Source: Eledone cirrhosa | Taxonomy: Eukaryota | DNA length: 64,000 bases | Direction: 5' to 3' | NCBI GenBank assembly: GCA_964016885.1 | Contig: OZ024765.1 | Span: forward strand, 16,058,001-16,122,000 | Shown: positions 32,096 through 47,439 of the stretch, piece after piece | Layout of the letters: the number at the start of each line of letters is the position of its first letter | How positions within the stretch are numbered: the first letter of the stretch is position 1 | Notes under the pieces: generated by a model | What the model was told of the DNA's origin: nothing | Database searches by the model: none | What the model saw: only the letters and a program-made list of their open reading frames with translations | Made by a program: the position numbers and the translations under genes

Positions 32096-32509
32096 ATAAA
32101 AGGACGATTTGGTTATGCCTTCCTTACGTTTATTGAGTACTGATGCGCGTTTCGCTATCGATAGGCTCAAAGCTCGATTTGTATAGATTTACCTCGACTC
32201 TCGAATGAAAAGGGTGACCTATATATATAAACAAACAGAGATAGAGAGTAGGAAAGGGTTGGGGAGTAAAGGGAAAATGGGGAACAAACACTCAATATGC
32301 TATCGAAATCATAACACCCTAAACGTGGGGCAAAATATATTCACCATATTTATATATATACATATATAAAGTCCTACACACATACTCGCTTACACACAGA
32401 CCACAAAGACCCACAGAGACACACGCATATATATATGTATGTATGTATATGTCGCCGTGTGCTAGGTCGCATTAAGTATGGGTTTCATGATCTTGGGTTT
32501 ACATCTTGG

Positions 32510-32815
32510 CTTTTCTCTAATCAAAACCTAAGGGAGGCGTATCCAGCCGGTTCTTTGTTTCGGGGCCCATAGGCTAAGAAGTTCCCTACAGCAACCATGC
32601 AACATCCATTTTGAAAAAAACGTTTGCCTGCTTCGGGGCCTTGAGTAGTATTGTACCGCCTTGAAAAAATTATTTTGGAAACGATGTTTTTAATCCCATC
32701 TAGAACGTTTGAGGTAGGCAGCTATATGTCCAACAGCCTTACCAATAGGCCACGTGCCTCCACAAAAGTCTGTCTGTGTGCCACCATGTGGGTTGAGGTG
32801 ACAGACAATTAATTC
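32510..32815 (+). repeat. Dispersed repeat, copy 2
   Basis: Diverged direct copy of 30826-31105 plus about 31385-31415, without the full SINE. Confidence 0.8.
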
Positions 32816-32952
32816 ATACACACTACATAACTGGTATTTTGATTCTTCAAAGCACTTATGGGGAAAGTCAAAATTAATAACTCAGTACCTCTGAAATATG
32901 TATAATAAAATATACTTGATCACAAGAATACCTATTTTGTTAATATTTTGAA

Positions 32953-32994
<42 letters not shown>

Positions 32995-33033
32995 AGAATA
33001 TAAATATTAATAAAAAAGATGTTCATTTGATCA

Positions 33034-33096
33034 ATTACATTTTATTGTACATATTTCGGATGTACAATAGTACGTCCTCATCAGACAAAATATAAT
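33034..33096 (-). ncRNA. Minimal hammerhead ribozyme (inverted arm; U16.1 appears changed to C)
   Basis: attatattttgt-CTGATGA-ggacgtac/gtacatcc-GAAA-TATGTA-CA-ataaaatgtaat. Stem I is 12 bp including G-U pairs. Confidence 0.7.
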
Positions 33097-33188
33097 GATA
33101 CATGACATACCGTGAGATGTTAAATGGTTAAGATTTAATCAAGGTAGTAAATCTTAACCATTTAACATCTCAGGGTATGTCATGTATC

Positions 33189-33251
33189 ATTATATTTTGT
33201 CTGATGAGGACGTACTGTTGTACATCCGAAATATGTATAAGAAAATGTAAT
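33189..33251 (+). ncRNA. Minimal type I hammerhead ribozyme
   Basis: attatattttgt-CTGATGA-ggacgtac(tgtt)gtacatcc-GAAA-TATGTA-TA|agaaaatgtaat. Confidence 0.8.
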
Positions 33252-33388
33252 TGATCAAAAGAACATCTATTTCATTGATATTTATATTTTAATATTAATA
33301 ACTCTGGAAAATTATTGTGACGTAGAGTGCTTCCAATCTACTGTAAAACTCATTCTTTGATATACTCACTGAATCTTGTTTAACACTT

Positions 33389-33441
<53 letters not shown>

Positions 33442-33677
33442 AACACACATATATATATATGTGTGTGCGTGTGTGCGTATGTATGTATATATTGGTATAG
33501 GCATAATATATACATTAGATATTAATATGGTGGATAATTTTTATCAAGATTAATTTGAGTTGTGTATCATATAGGAATAGATTTGTCTTCTTTAAATATA
33601 GATAATTAAACGTGTACATTTAAATGTATTTCTCAGATAGAGACCAGCATGTATCTATATATGTATGTGTATATATG

Positions 33678-34885
<1,208 letters not shown>

Positions 34886-34960
34886 AATATATATATATAT
34901 ATATATATACAAATATATATATATATATATATATACAAATATATATATATATATATATAT

Positions 34961-34991
<31 letters not shown>

Positions 34992-35111
34992 CAAATATAT
35001 ATATATATATATATATACAAATATAGTATATATACACACACATGCACACTCGCACAAAACACAGATATATATAGGATATTTGTATATAAACTCATGTATG
35101 TGAATATAGAT

Positions 35112-35555
35112 ATACAGAATCAAAAGGCCTTAAAATTAACCTGGCTAAGACTAAAGTTCTAGTTTGTAGGAAAGAAAATAAGGCGCTGGTCCCTTCCGGG
35201 AAATGGCCATGCTCAGTGTGTAGGAAAGGCGTAGGTAGAAACTCCATTTTATGTCCCAAATGCAAAGTATGGGTGCATAAAAGATGTAGTGGGATCACAG
35301 GTAAGCTAACTAAGAACACAGATTTTACACGTGGCCGGTGCTCTGGTGCAATAAGTAGCAGCAAGTGCCCACTAAATACTAGCTCTTTCAATTGCGCAGA
35401 GGGTTCTATAGAAATAGTGGACAGCTTCCGTTACCTGGGTGACAAAATGAGCAGTGGGGGAGGGTGCTCTAAAAGTACAGTAGCTAGAGTCAGAACTGGA
35501 TGGAAAAAGTTCAGAGAGCTTATACCACTATTAGCCGCTAAAGGGTTCTCCCTAA
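35112..35555 (+). mobile_element. RTE-type LINE RT C-terminal fragment with an inserted PHD-like Cys/His cluster
   Basis: [14 protein letters not shown]...WPCSVCRKGVGRNSILCPKCKVWVHKRCSG...VDSFRYLGD...ARVRTGWKKFREL. Confidence 0.8.
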
Positions 35556-35799
35556 AAATTCCCAAAACCAATCAGATCAGAGCAAACATCACGGACGCTC
35601 TATCTAAAAATTATTTTTGAAAAGCATTAGAAATGCGCAACCGGTAAATCTAAAAACCAAAACTGAATACTAACCAATACTATTACTAATTCTCACTTAT
35701 TCCTAATTAAACTATTTTTCACTGTGAACAATTTGTTAGCATTTTCTATTCCGTTTATCAATATATCATAACTTGTGTGTTACACCTCCATTCTTTTAA

Positions 35800-35830
<31 letters not shown>

Positions 35831-36112
35831 AATATATATATGAATATATATGTATATAAATATATATATGAATATATATGTATATATATATATGAATATA
35901 TATGTATATATATATATATGAATATATATGTATATATATATATGAATATATATGTATATATATATATATGAATATATACGTATATATATATATATGAATA
36001 TAAATATATATATACAGACAAATGTGTTTATGTAAAACTGTGATGCCGAATCAAATTATATTTATTACGAATTCTCATTAATTGTATCTATAATACATAC
36101 ATACATATATAC

Positions 36113-36151
<39 letters not shown>

Positions 36152-36225
36152 TTGAAGATCACACATACCTTCACAGGCACTCATACACACACACATATAC
36201 AAATATATGTATATATATAATATAA

Positions 36226-36276
<51 letters not shown>

Positions 36277-36307
36277 CATATATTTATATATATGCTAATA
36301 TATAAAC

Positions 36308-36350
<43 letters not shown>

Positions 36351-36503
36351 GAAGCGCACACACACACACACATACAAACCCACAGATATATATTTATACA
36401 CACATATATACATACATGTATATATTATATTATATTATCTAAATTTGATAAAATAAGTTGGTAATTTACAAATTATACCAATCTTGGCGTCGTTGTGATG
36501 GAT

Positions 36504-36589
<86 letters not shown>

Positions 36590-36637
36590 GCTATATATAT
36601 ATATATATGATATATGGCATATATAGATATATATATA

Positions 36638-36682
<45 letters not shown>

Positions 36683-37134
36683 GTGTGAGAGAGAGAGAGA
36701 TAGAGAGAGGCATGCATATATATATATTTATATATCTATATTATATATATATATACTTACATATGCATACACACACACACACACACACATACACACGCAC
36801 ACATATAATATAGATATATTCGTATGTGGATGTATGTATGTAAGTATATATGTATATATATTTTCATATATTTTAATTGTATATATTCTCATTGTATATT
36901 ATATTTAGAGCATGAATCGTTTTATCTTTATTTTCTCCCTGGAATCTTTATTTCTTGTCCAATTTGCAAAGATAAGTGCACCCGTTTTTACGTTTACTGC
37001 CAACATAACTGCACATGCAGGTATTTGTGTATATATATATATATATGTGTTTGTGGATGGTTGGTTGGTTGGCTTAGAGAATGCATGTATATATATATAT
37101 ATATTTATATATTTATATATATTTATATTCTCCA

Positions 37135-37175
37135 TCTATTTTCTGATGAAGGACTACCGTCCGAAACGTCTTTAA
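37135..37175 (+). ncRNA. Hammerhead catalytic core with stem I missing
   Basis: CTGATGA-A-GGAC(tacc)GTCC-GAAA-CG-TC. The flanks do not pair. Confidence 0.5.
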
Positions 37176-37559
37176 CCACTATATCAAGTATTAGGCTAAT
37201 ATATTTCTACATGTATACATGGCGTGTATAGATATGTAACTCTCGTATGACTTTGGCTTCCTTGCTGATGATTGTTACAGCCCGGTTACGTTAATGTCTG
37301 CACGTATTACGTGATTTACTGAACATTGAGAATCTATAAGTGCATTTGTGAAGCTATGTTAAACAGAACCGATATCGTTAGGAATGAGAATTTCACCATT
37401 CTCTCTAGCTAAACACCGCCACCCTATCTGCTAAAACTAAATGTATGAACTCTGAACGACTGAGGGCAACTACATTAATGCATTTCAGAAAATTAATTGA
37501 TTGAGCTAAATGGTGGTTAGGGGTTTCTCCGAGAGGAAAAGGTTATGTAGGAGAGGGAC

Positions 37560-37890
37560 AACACGTGTCCTCTGATGTTTACCCATGAAACATTTTCCCC
37601 TCGGAAGAATCCCAGTTGCTGAATGTGTAATCCGAAATATAGGGATTATTAAATGACTTCAAATGTAACCCTATCGCGTGTTATTATTTTTAACGCATTT
37701 CCTATGTTATTTTACGCTCTATACGTCTCTTTCTACGCTTACTCTCACATCTGTATCTCTTTCTCTCTCTCCCTAACATCTCCCTGATTCTGTTACCCGG
37801 AGATTTAACCATCTGCATATTGTTGATGCTACTACAACGACTATTTTTATTATTCCACATTTCTTCAAACAACCTTCAACCCTCTCTAGT
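37560..37890 (+). mobile_element. Dispersed TA-associated element, related to 59050-59415
   Basis: Shared AATCCGAAATAT..AGGGA, TGTTACCCGGAGATTTA.CCATCTGCAT and TTATTATTCCACA. Ends at (TA)n. Confidence 0.65.
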
Positions 37891-37900
37891 ATATACATAA

Positions 37901-37956
<56 letters not shown>

Positions 37957-38890
37957 TTAAGGGTACTATTTATGGTTATGTATGCAATAAAACCTTTAAT
38001 GGTAATATAGTATATATACACAAACCCTAAATAGTGAAAGATAGTCATTAATTACTATCCTATTACCAGTAAGATAAATAGCTCAATGTAGTTTAGGATA
38101 GTAATTTAACTAAGATAACTAGCTAGTTACCTCCCCTTACGCATTAATTCCCCTTAGTCATTCAGACACTTCCGGAATCTGGACAGCATGATCTATTAAT
38201 TAAGAACCGACTGGATACGGTTTATAGCTTGATTATATGCTGAACCACCGCGAATTATACGATAGACAAGTGTTCTCTATATATATTGCGTCTCATGGAT
38301 TATGTGAGTGGTGGTGTGAGCGAAGACAGTAGTACGGCTTTGCCTACGATACAATAAGGTTTATAGTATGTGGAAAGTTTTTGATATTTTGGTGTTTCCC
38401 TGCATCCGAGACTGTATATCATACAGATGTATGAGAATAAATGACTTAATAATCCAACCCACACAATAAGATCGATGGCCTGATTCAACTGCCTGACCCT
38501 GCAAGTATCATTCTGACGCACTCTAATCATGTATAAATAAGACACGCGTGCATGATACACGTGAGACTGTTTCATACACTGACTACTCTAAACTTTCCTC
38601 TTGCTTTATCTTCATAGACTGCCAACGCTTCATGTTTATCTTTATTTTCATTCTTGTTTTTATTTTATTTTTAACCTGTAACCTTTATATGTAAATTGCC
38701 ATGCTATACCATTTGATGAATGTCACCCCACTGTTGATCAATATGCGCATATGTTTTTTGTGTCTCTTGGGTTGAAAAGGAGGTCAAGTATGTTATAGAT
38801 CAGTAAATAGTTGCTCCGAAGAATCCAAACCTCGGTTTGGAGGAAACAATTGTAAGCAAATAAATGACTTAAACTGAACTTTGATTATTG

Positions 38891-39007
<117 letters not shown>

Positions 39008-39046
39008 CAGACACACACACACACACACGCATACACACACACACAT

Positions 39047-39104
<58 letters not shown>

Positions 39105-39106
<2 letters not shown>

Positions 39107-39262
39107 GAATATATCAATTAAAATTACAGATTAAAGAATCACTGGTTATGCTTTAATTTGTTTTTTTAAATAAATAGTTGCTCTTTGATTTTTATATATT
39201 TGATATATATTTATACTTATCGAGCCCTCTTTCGATTTGAGTCTTCCCAATTTTTATTATTA

Positions 39263-39266
<4 letters not shown>
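39105..39266 (+). mobile_element. Solo tail related to 45750-45840 (opposite strand)
   Basis: TTGCTCT...ATATATTTGATATATATTTAT...TATCGA.CCCTCTTT matches the reverse complement of 45750-45840. Confidence 0.6.
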
Positions 39267-39333
<67 letters not shown>

Positions 39334-39346
39334 GTATATGTATATG

Positions 39347-39485
<139 letters not shown>

Positions 39486-39540
39486 ATATATAAATGTGTA
39501 TATATATATATATGTATATATATATATGTATATATATATG

Positions 39541-39653
<113 letters not shown>

Positions 39654-39656
39654 GTG

Positions 39657-39707
<51 letters not shown>

Positions 39708-39720
39708 GTGTATATATATG

Positions 39721-39753
<33 letters not shown>

Positions 39754-39756
39754 GTG

Positions 39757-39807
<51 letters not shown>

Positions 39808-39844
39808 GTGTATATATATATATGTGTATATATATATATATGTG

Positions 39845-39875
<31 letters not shown>

Positions 39876-40058
39876 GTGTATATATATATATATATGTGTA
39901 TATATATATATATGTGTATATATATATATGTGTGTGTATATATATATATATGTGTATATATATATATGTGTGTATATATATATATATATGTGTATATATA
40001 TGTATATATATGTATATATATATATGTATATATATATGTATATATATATATGTATATA

Positions 40059-40101
<43 letters not shown>

Positions 40102-40128
40102 GTATATATATATATGTATATATATATG

Positions 40129-40251
<123 letters not shown>

Positions 40252-40270
40252 GTATATATATCTATATATG

Positions 40271-40311
<41 letters not shown>

Positions 40312-40344
40312 GTATATATGTATATATATATATATGTATATATG

Positions 40345-40498
<154 letters not shown>

Positions 40499-40504
40499 GA
40501 TATA

Positions 40505-40551
<47 letters not shown>

Positions 40552-40608
40552 GTATATATATATATATGTATATATATATGTATATATATATATATGTATA
40601 TATATATG

Positions 40609-40663
<55 letters not shown>

Positions 40664-40676
40664 GTATATATATATG

Positions 40677-40721
<45 letters not shown>

Positions 40722-40978
40722 GTAGGAGGTGAGTTTTATTGTAGTACAATAAAGCAATGCAGATATCGGATAAGAAGCACTCTACAGTTTGTGGGACTGG
40801 AGTATGCATAATATGTTGATTTAAAACTGCACTATCAACAAGTGTTTTTTTAGCCTTCATATCATGTTCTCCTGTTTTATCTGATGAAAACACAAATATT
40901 ATTGTTTGATGATGTTTGTTTTTGAAATGCGCATAATAAAATATATTGAACTCCTTTAACCATCTTTTGATCTTATAT

Positions 40979-40980
<2 letters not shown>
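40722..40980. mobile_element. Inverted tail plus forward hammerhead arm, same family as 63073-63524
   Basis: 40722-40813 is the reverse complement of about 63433-63524. 40813-40980 matches about 63268-63438. Confidence 0.85.
40875..40941 (+). ncRNA. Minimal type I hammerhead ribozyme
   Basis: ttttat-CTGATGA-stem II-GAAA-TGCGCA-TA|ataaaa. Perfect stem I and a perfect palindrome ATGCGCAT. Confidence 0.82.
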
Positions 40981-41037
<57 letters not shown>

Positions 41038-41078
41038 GTATATATATATATGTATATATATATATGTATATATATATG

Positions 41079-41117
<39 letters not shown>

Positions 41118-41124
41118 GTATATA

Positions 41125-41284
<160 letters not shown>

Positions 41285-41313
41285 CATATATATATATACA
41301 TATATATATATAC

Positions 41314-41515
<202 letters not shown>

Positions 41516-41526
41516 GTATATATATG

Positions 41527-41955
<429 letters not shown>

Positions 41956-41956
41956 G

Positions 41957-42066
<110 letters not shown>

Positions 42067-42114
42067 TACATACATACGTACATACGTATATATATACGTA
42101 TATACATACTTACG

Positions 42115-42148
<34 letters not shown>

Positions 42149-42167
42149 TGCATATATACATACATAC

Positions 42168-42210
<43 letters not shown>

Positions 42211-42430
42211 TGCATATATACATACATACGTACATACGTATATATATATATATATATAGATATAGATAGGTAAATATACACGGGTGTGTATGATTGTGTA
42301 TAGAAGATTATATTAATAAGAGGAATTCCAACTTTGTCTGATTTACTCGTTTTATTTACAATCCTTTAAAATATATATAATGGTATTATAATGAAATAGT
42401 ATGATAGAATATTAAATTCTAAGTGTTAAT

Positions 42431-42469
42431 TGAACAAGTACTTTCATGCTTTCGCAATCTTCAGGTTCA
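42431..42469 (-). ncRNA. Hammerhead ribozyme in the inverted pLTR
   Basis: Reverse complement of 44303-44341. Confidence 0.78.
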
Positions 42470-42658
42470 TGATATGTGGTGACAGTCGAGTTTGCAATTT
42501 TCAACTGTAATGAGATGGGTAAATTTCCTACCTTTTATACATTTTATACAGAGAAAAGTGGCTCCAGAATGCAAAATTGGAGAGATGGGTGTAGGTTATT
42601 CAGGAGGATATTGAACTCATCCAGAGTATCTAGAGATTCTGTCCAGATGATGAAACAG

Positions 42659-43927
42659 GCGCCATTTATATTAGACGCAGTTAAACTTATTCTGGAAAAC
42701 AACACTTTCTTCTTCAATGGAAAGAATTACATCCAAATTAGAGGCACAGCGATGGGAACGAAGTTTGCTCCCGTTTACGCGAACTCTGTAATGGGATACT
42801 TAGAACAACAACTCTACCAAGAAATAGAGGAAAAATATAGTACTGACTTTAGAAAGTACATTGAAAAATCTTGGAAGAGATACCTTGACGACTGTTTCAT
42901 CATCTGGACAGAATCTCTAGATACTCTGGATGAGTTCAATATCCTCCTGAATAACCTACACCCATCTCTCCAATTCACAAAAGAGAAGAGTAGGACCAAA
43001 TTACCATTCCTAGATATAATGATAATCAAAAACGACACCACCATTACCACGGATATATATTATAAACACACAGACACCCATCAATATCTGAATTTTAAGT
43101 CGTGCCATCCACCTCATACAAAACGCAACATCCCATACTGCCTAGCCAGAAGAATTTGTACCATTGTAGAAGATACGAATACCAGGTACAAACGCCTAAC
43201 AGAACTAAGAGAATTTTTGCTCAAACAAAAATACCCATCTCTACTTATAGAAAATGGCATACAGCGGGCTATAAAAATACCTATACAACAACTTAGAACA
43301 ACCCAAAGAAGAAGAAACCAAGAACTGGTCATACCATTTATAATGACACACAACCCATGTCACCAGAATATCTTCAACACTGCCAAAGCAAACCTACCGA
43401 TCATTGCTCAAAGTAATGAATTAAAAGGCTTAATCACAGATCGATCTTTGACTCTTAGTAAAAGACAGCCAAAAAATTTGAAGCAATTGCTAACAAAAGC
43501 AAAGTTTGACCTTAACAACAAAGACCAATCATTCACTGTATCTAAATGCAATGATAATCGATGCGGCACATGTCAATCCATACACGCCGGTCAATATATG
43601 AAAACAAAAACTGGAAAAATATTCACAAATGCAAATATGAACTGCAAAAGCAGAAATCTAATTTACTGCATTAAATGCCCGAATTGTGAAGAACTATATG
43701 TCGGTCAAACTGGAAATGCACTATCGGAACGTGCACGGGTACACCGTCAACAAATCAGAGACCCAAATGTCCGTCAGATACCCCTAAGCGGCCACCTGGC
43801 AACATGTGGTCAGGGAATATTTATAATATTCCCATTCTACAAATTACACAGCCCAAATGAAATCAAGAGAAAAATCAAAGAAAATAATTTTATTGATAAA
43901 TTCAAACCCAAGCTAAATGAACAATAA
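42659..43927 (+). CDS. Penelope-like RT (C-terminal half) plus GIY-YIG endonuclease; N-terminus missing
   Basis: QIRGTAMG, RYLDD, LPFLD, SCHP, Cys linker CNDNRCGTC, NLIYCIKCPNCEELYVGQT, R..H and KPKLN. The first ~61 aa of the listed 483-aa ORF come from the inversions. Confidence 0.92.
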   Translation, partial: APFILDAVKLILENNTFFFNGKNYIQIRGTAMGTKFAPVYANSVMGYLEQQLYQEIEEKYSTDFRKYIEKSWKRYLDDCFIIWTESLDTLDEFNILLNNLHPSLQFTKEKSRTKLPFLDIMIIKNDTTITTDIYYKHTDTHQYLNFKSCHPPHTKRNIPYCLARRICTIVEDTNTRYKRLTELREFLLKQKYPSLLIENGIQRAIKIPIQQLRTTQRRRNQELVIPFIMTHNPCHQNIFNTAKANLPIIAQSNELKGLITDRSLTLSKRQPKNLKQLLTKAKFDLNNKDQSFTVSKCNDNRCGTCQSIHAGQYMKTKTGKIFTNANMNCKSRNLIYCIKCPNCEELYVGQTGNALSERARVHRQQIRDPNVRQIPLSGHLATCGQGIFIIFPFYKLHSPNEIKRKIKENNFIDKFKPKLNEQ

Positions 43928-44302
43928 TAACGCCTAGGGGTATTACTTCTACTACCACTATGACCACGACCACTAACAACAACAACAACAACAATAATAA
44001 TGATAATAAAAGTGATGTTGATGGTGATGATTAATAGAAAATGCTATTTTCATCATTTCAAAAAAGCAAAACAATTGATACGTTGGATATGACTATTGGT
44101 CGTTAGCATGCTCAACCAGCCGTGACGCTTAAACCAATCAGCTGTAGTAATTCAGTGAAACTACACACTGATTGGTCGAAATACAGTTTACAGGGCTTTG
44201 CATTCTGGAGCCACTTTTCTCTGTATAAAATGTATAAAAGGTAGGAAATTTACCCATCTCATTACAGTTGAAAATTGCAAACTCGACTGTCACCACATAT
44301 CA

Positions 44303-44341
44303 TGAACCTGAAGATTGCGAAAGCATGAAAGTACTTGTTCA
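44303..44341 (+). ncRNA. Minimal type I hammerhead ribozyme in the 3' pLTR
   Basis: tgaac-CTGAAGA-ttgc(gaaa)gcat-GAAA-GTAC-TT|gttca. Stem III is the palindrome AGTACT. Confidence 0.8.
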
Positions 44342-44455
44342 ATTAACACTTAGAATTTAATATTCTATCATACTATTTCATTATAATACCATTATATATA
44401 TTTTAAAGGATTGTAAATAAAACGAGTAAATCAGACAAAGTTGGAATTCCTCTTA

Positions 44456-44505
<50 letters not shown>

Positions 44506-44538
44506 CATATATGCATATATACATACATACGTACATAC

Positions 44539-44587
<49 letters not shown>

Positions 44588-45060
44588 TGCATATATACAT
44601 ACATACGTACATACGTATATATATATATTTTACAGGAATGTGAATATAACTATTAGGATATACAGAGGAGTACGCTGTAGTTTCAGAATGGCGATGTGAA
44701 GAGTAGTGAGAGGTTAGACTATAGAAGACCTTGGAAGCATATATACACTCCTTGTGTTGTTAAGACTAACACACATTGTTAATATCATGCATATAACATA
44801 TATACATCCATGGATGTTTGTATATATACGTGTGTCTGTATGAGATGGAGTTGGTGCATGTGTGTGCTTTCTGTGTGTGACACTACCTATATCTTCCCAT
44901 CTTTATTTGTATATGTATATGTAAATATATATATATCTATATATATATATATATAGAACTGTATTTCCCGTGTCTTAATCGATATACATAAATATAATCA
45001 TATGTATGTATATATATATATATATATATATATAATCATACATATATAAACATATATACA

Positions 45061-45116
<56 letters not shown>

Positions 45117-45459
45117 ATATATATATATAAATAAACATATATATATATAAACATATATATATATATATATATAAATAAACATATATATATATAAACATAT
45201 ATATATATATATATAAATAAACATATATATATATATATATAAATAAACATATATATATATATATATATAAATAAACATATATATATATATATATATATAA
45301 ATAAACATATATATATATATATATATATAAATAAACATATATATATATAAACATATATATATATATATATAAATAAACATATATATATATATATATAAAT
45401 AAACATATATATATATATATATATAAATAAACATATATATATATATATATATATAAATA

Positions 45460-45521
<62 letters not shown>

Positions 45522-45673
45522 AACATATATATATGTATATATATATATAAACATATATATATATCGGGTGTGAGCCTAACTCTAATATAACTTTATCAAA
45601 GATTCAAAGAGTTGCGTTGCACCTGCCCTCTTCATTATTATTTATGATTGATTCATATATGCACACACATATA

Positions 45674-45749
<76 letters not shown>

Positions 45750-45750
<1 letters not shown>

Positions 45751-46658
45751 TGTAATAATGATAAATTTGAAGACTAAAATCCAAAGAGGGTCGATAGGAT
45801 AAATATATATCAAATATATAAGAACCGTAGAGCAAATATTTATTAAAATAACAGATTAACGGGATCTTCTGAAACTAAAAAAAAACAAACTGTGAGGGCA
45901 GATGTAAATATTTCGAAAAACGTTGCAACCGAAGGAAGACAGGAAGACGATAGTTTGGTTCGAGGAAAAGTTCCCTGTCAAAGAACGGGAAAAAAACAAA
46001 GATAATACGTCATAATTTGGAGCAGTGAAAACTATTACACGCAAAGACAAAACCACGTTCATGATATAAATGAAGTCCTAGACTAATATTCTATTAGGTG
46101 GTTCGTGGAGACATTCACTGGCAATGAACGGAAAAAACGAAGATAATACGTCATTACGTTTTGCGTGAGAACAATTACAAGCAAAGACAAAACCACGTAA
46201 AAGATATAACTGCAGTCGTAGACTAAAATTCTATTTAGGAAACTAAATGATTCTCTGCTTCAGAGTTAAGAATAATGTTAATAAATTACAGAGGTTAATG
46301 AAATCAACAATAATTAAAATATATAAATGCACGCATCCATATACGTAAATACACATGCATACGCGGAAACACCCGCCATGGGTTCTACGACTTCATTTAT
46401 ACCATGACGTGGTTTTGTCTTTGCGTGTAATTGTTTTCACCGTTCCAAATAATGGCGTTTCTTTTTTTTTCCGTTCTTTGCCAGGCAACGTTACCACGAA
46501 CCAAAGTATCGTCTTCCTGTCTTCCTACGGTTGCAACGTTTTTCGAAATATTTACTTCTGTGCTCACAGATTGATTTTTTTTTAGTTTCAGAAGACCCTG
46601 TTAAGGGTGAAAGCAGCGATTCTTTGCTTAAACTTTAGTCTGTTATTTTAATAAATTT
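45750..46658. mobile_element. Large diverged inverted-repeat element in (TA)n with a hammerhead-like motif
   Basis: Arms about 45836-46082 / 46384-46658, a partial third copy at 46097-46235, and a tail at 45750-45835 on the left arm. Confidence 0.7.
46584..46634 (+). ncRNA. Variant hammerhead (CAGAAGA core)
   Basis: agttt-CAGAAGA-ccct(gtta)agggt-GAAA-gca..tgc-TT|aaact. Confidence 0.5.
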
Positions 46659-46716
46659 ATATATATATATATATATATAAATATTAGTATATATATATAA
46701 ATTCATAAATAAATAC

Positions 46717-46799
<83 letters not shown>

Positions 46800-46904
46800 T
46801 TAGTACATATATATATAAATACATATATATATAATGGAAAAATTTGAACAGGAACAAAACAGAGAGGCAGTACAACGAATGTTTATTAATTTCACGCTCT
46901 GAAA

Positions 46905-46943
<39 letters not shown>

Positions 46944-46986
46944 CACACACACATAGATGTAGATATGAATATATGTATGTGAGTAC

Positions 46987-47052
<66 letters not shown>

Positions 47053-47071
47053 TGTATATATATATATATAT

Positions 47072-47251
<180 letters not shown>

Positions 47252-47276
47252 ATATATATATGTCTGTGTGTGTATA

Positions 47277-47347
<71 letters not shown>

Positions 47348-47439
47348 AACTCTGTTATATACATAGTGCACTCTTTCAACATGAGGGTCCATGTTTTATA
47401 TTCCTTTATTCCTTGTATGTATACCTACAGTTGTATCTG

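Larger units (their letters stand above)
32992..33390. mobile_element. Fold-back hammerhead element in (TA)n
   Basis: Diverged arms 32992-33137 / 33148-about 33293, tail to 33390. Confidence 0.8.
42259..44462 (+). mobile_element. Penelope-like element (Neptune-like), 5'-truncated, with inverted pLTR
   Basis: 42310-42575 is the inverse of 44197-44462 and 42575-42658 is the inverse of 42892-42975. The RT plus GIY-YIG ORF lies between. Flanked by TA-rich microsatellite. Confidence 0.93.

Noticed and set aside
32992-33390. Hairpins as sequencing fold-back artefacts
   Set aside because: The arms at 25, 26, 33, 46 and 59.5 kb differ by multiple substitutions and indels and share family-specific ends. 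Only the near-perfect ones (2.1, 42-44 and 63 kb) still need read-level checks.
42476-42658. N-terminus of the 483-aa ORF as a genuine protein start
   Set aside because: It is read through the inverted pLTR and the inverted RT segment. The early RT motifs are missing, so this copy is not autonomous.
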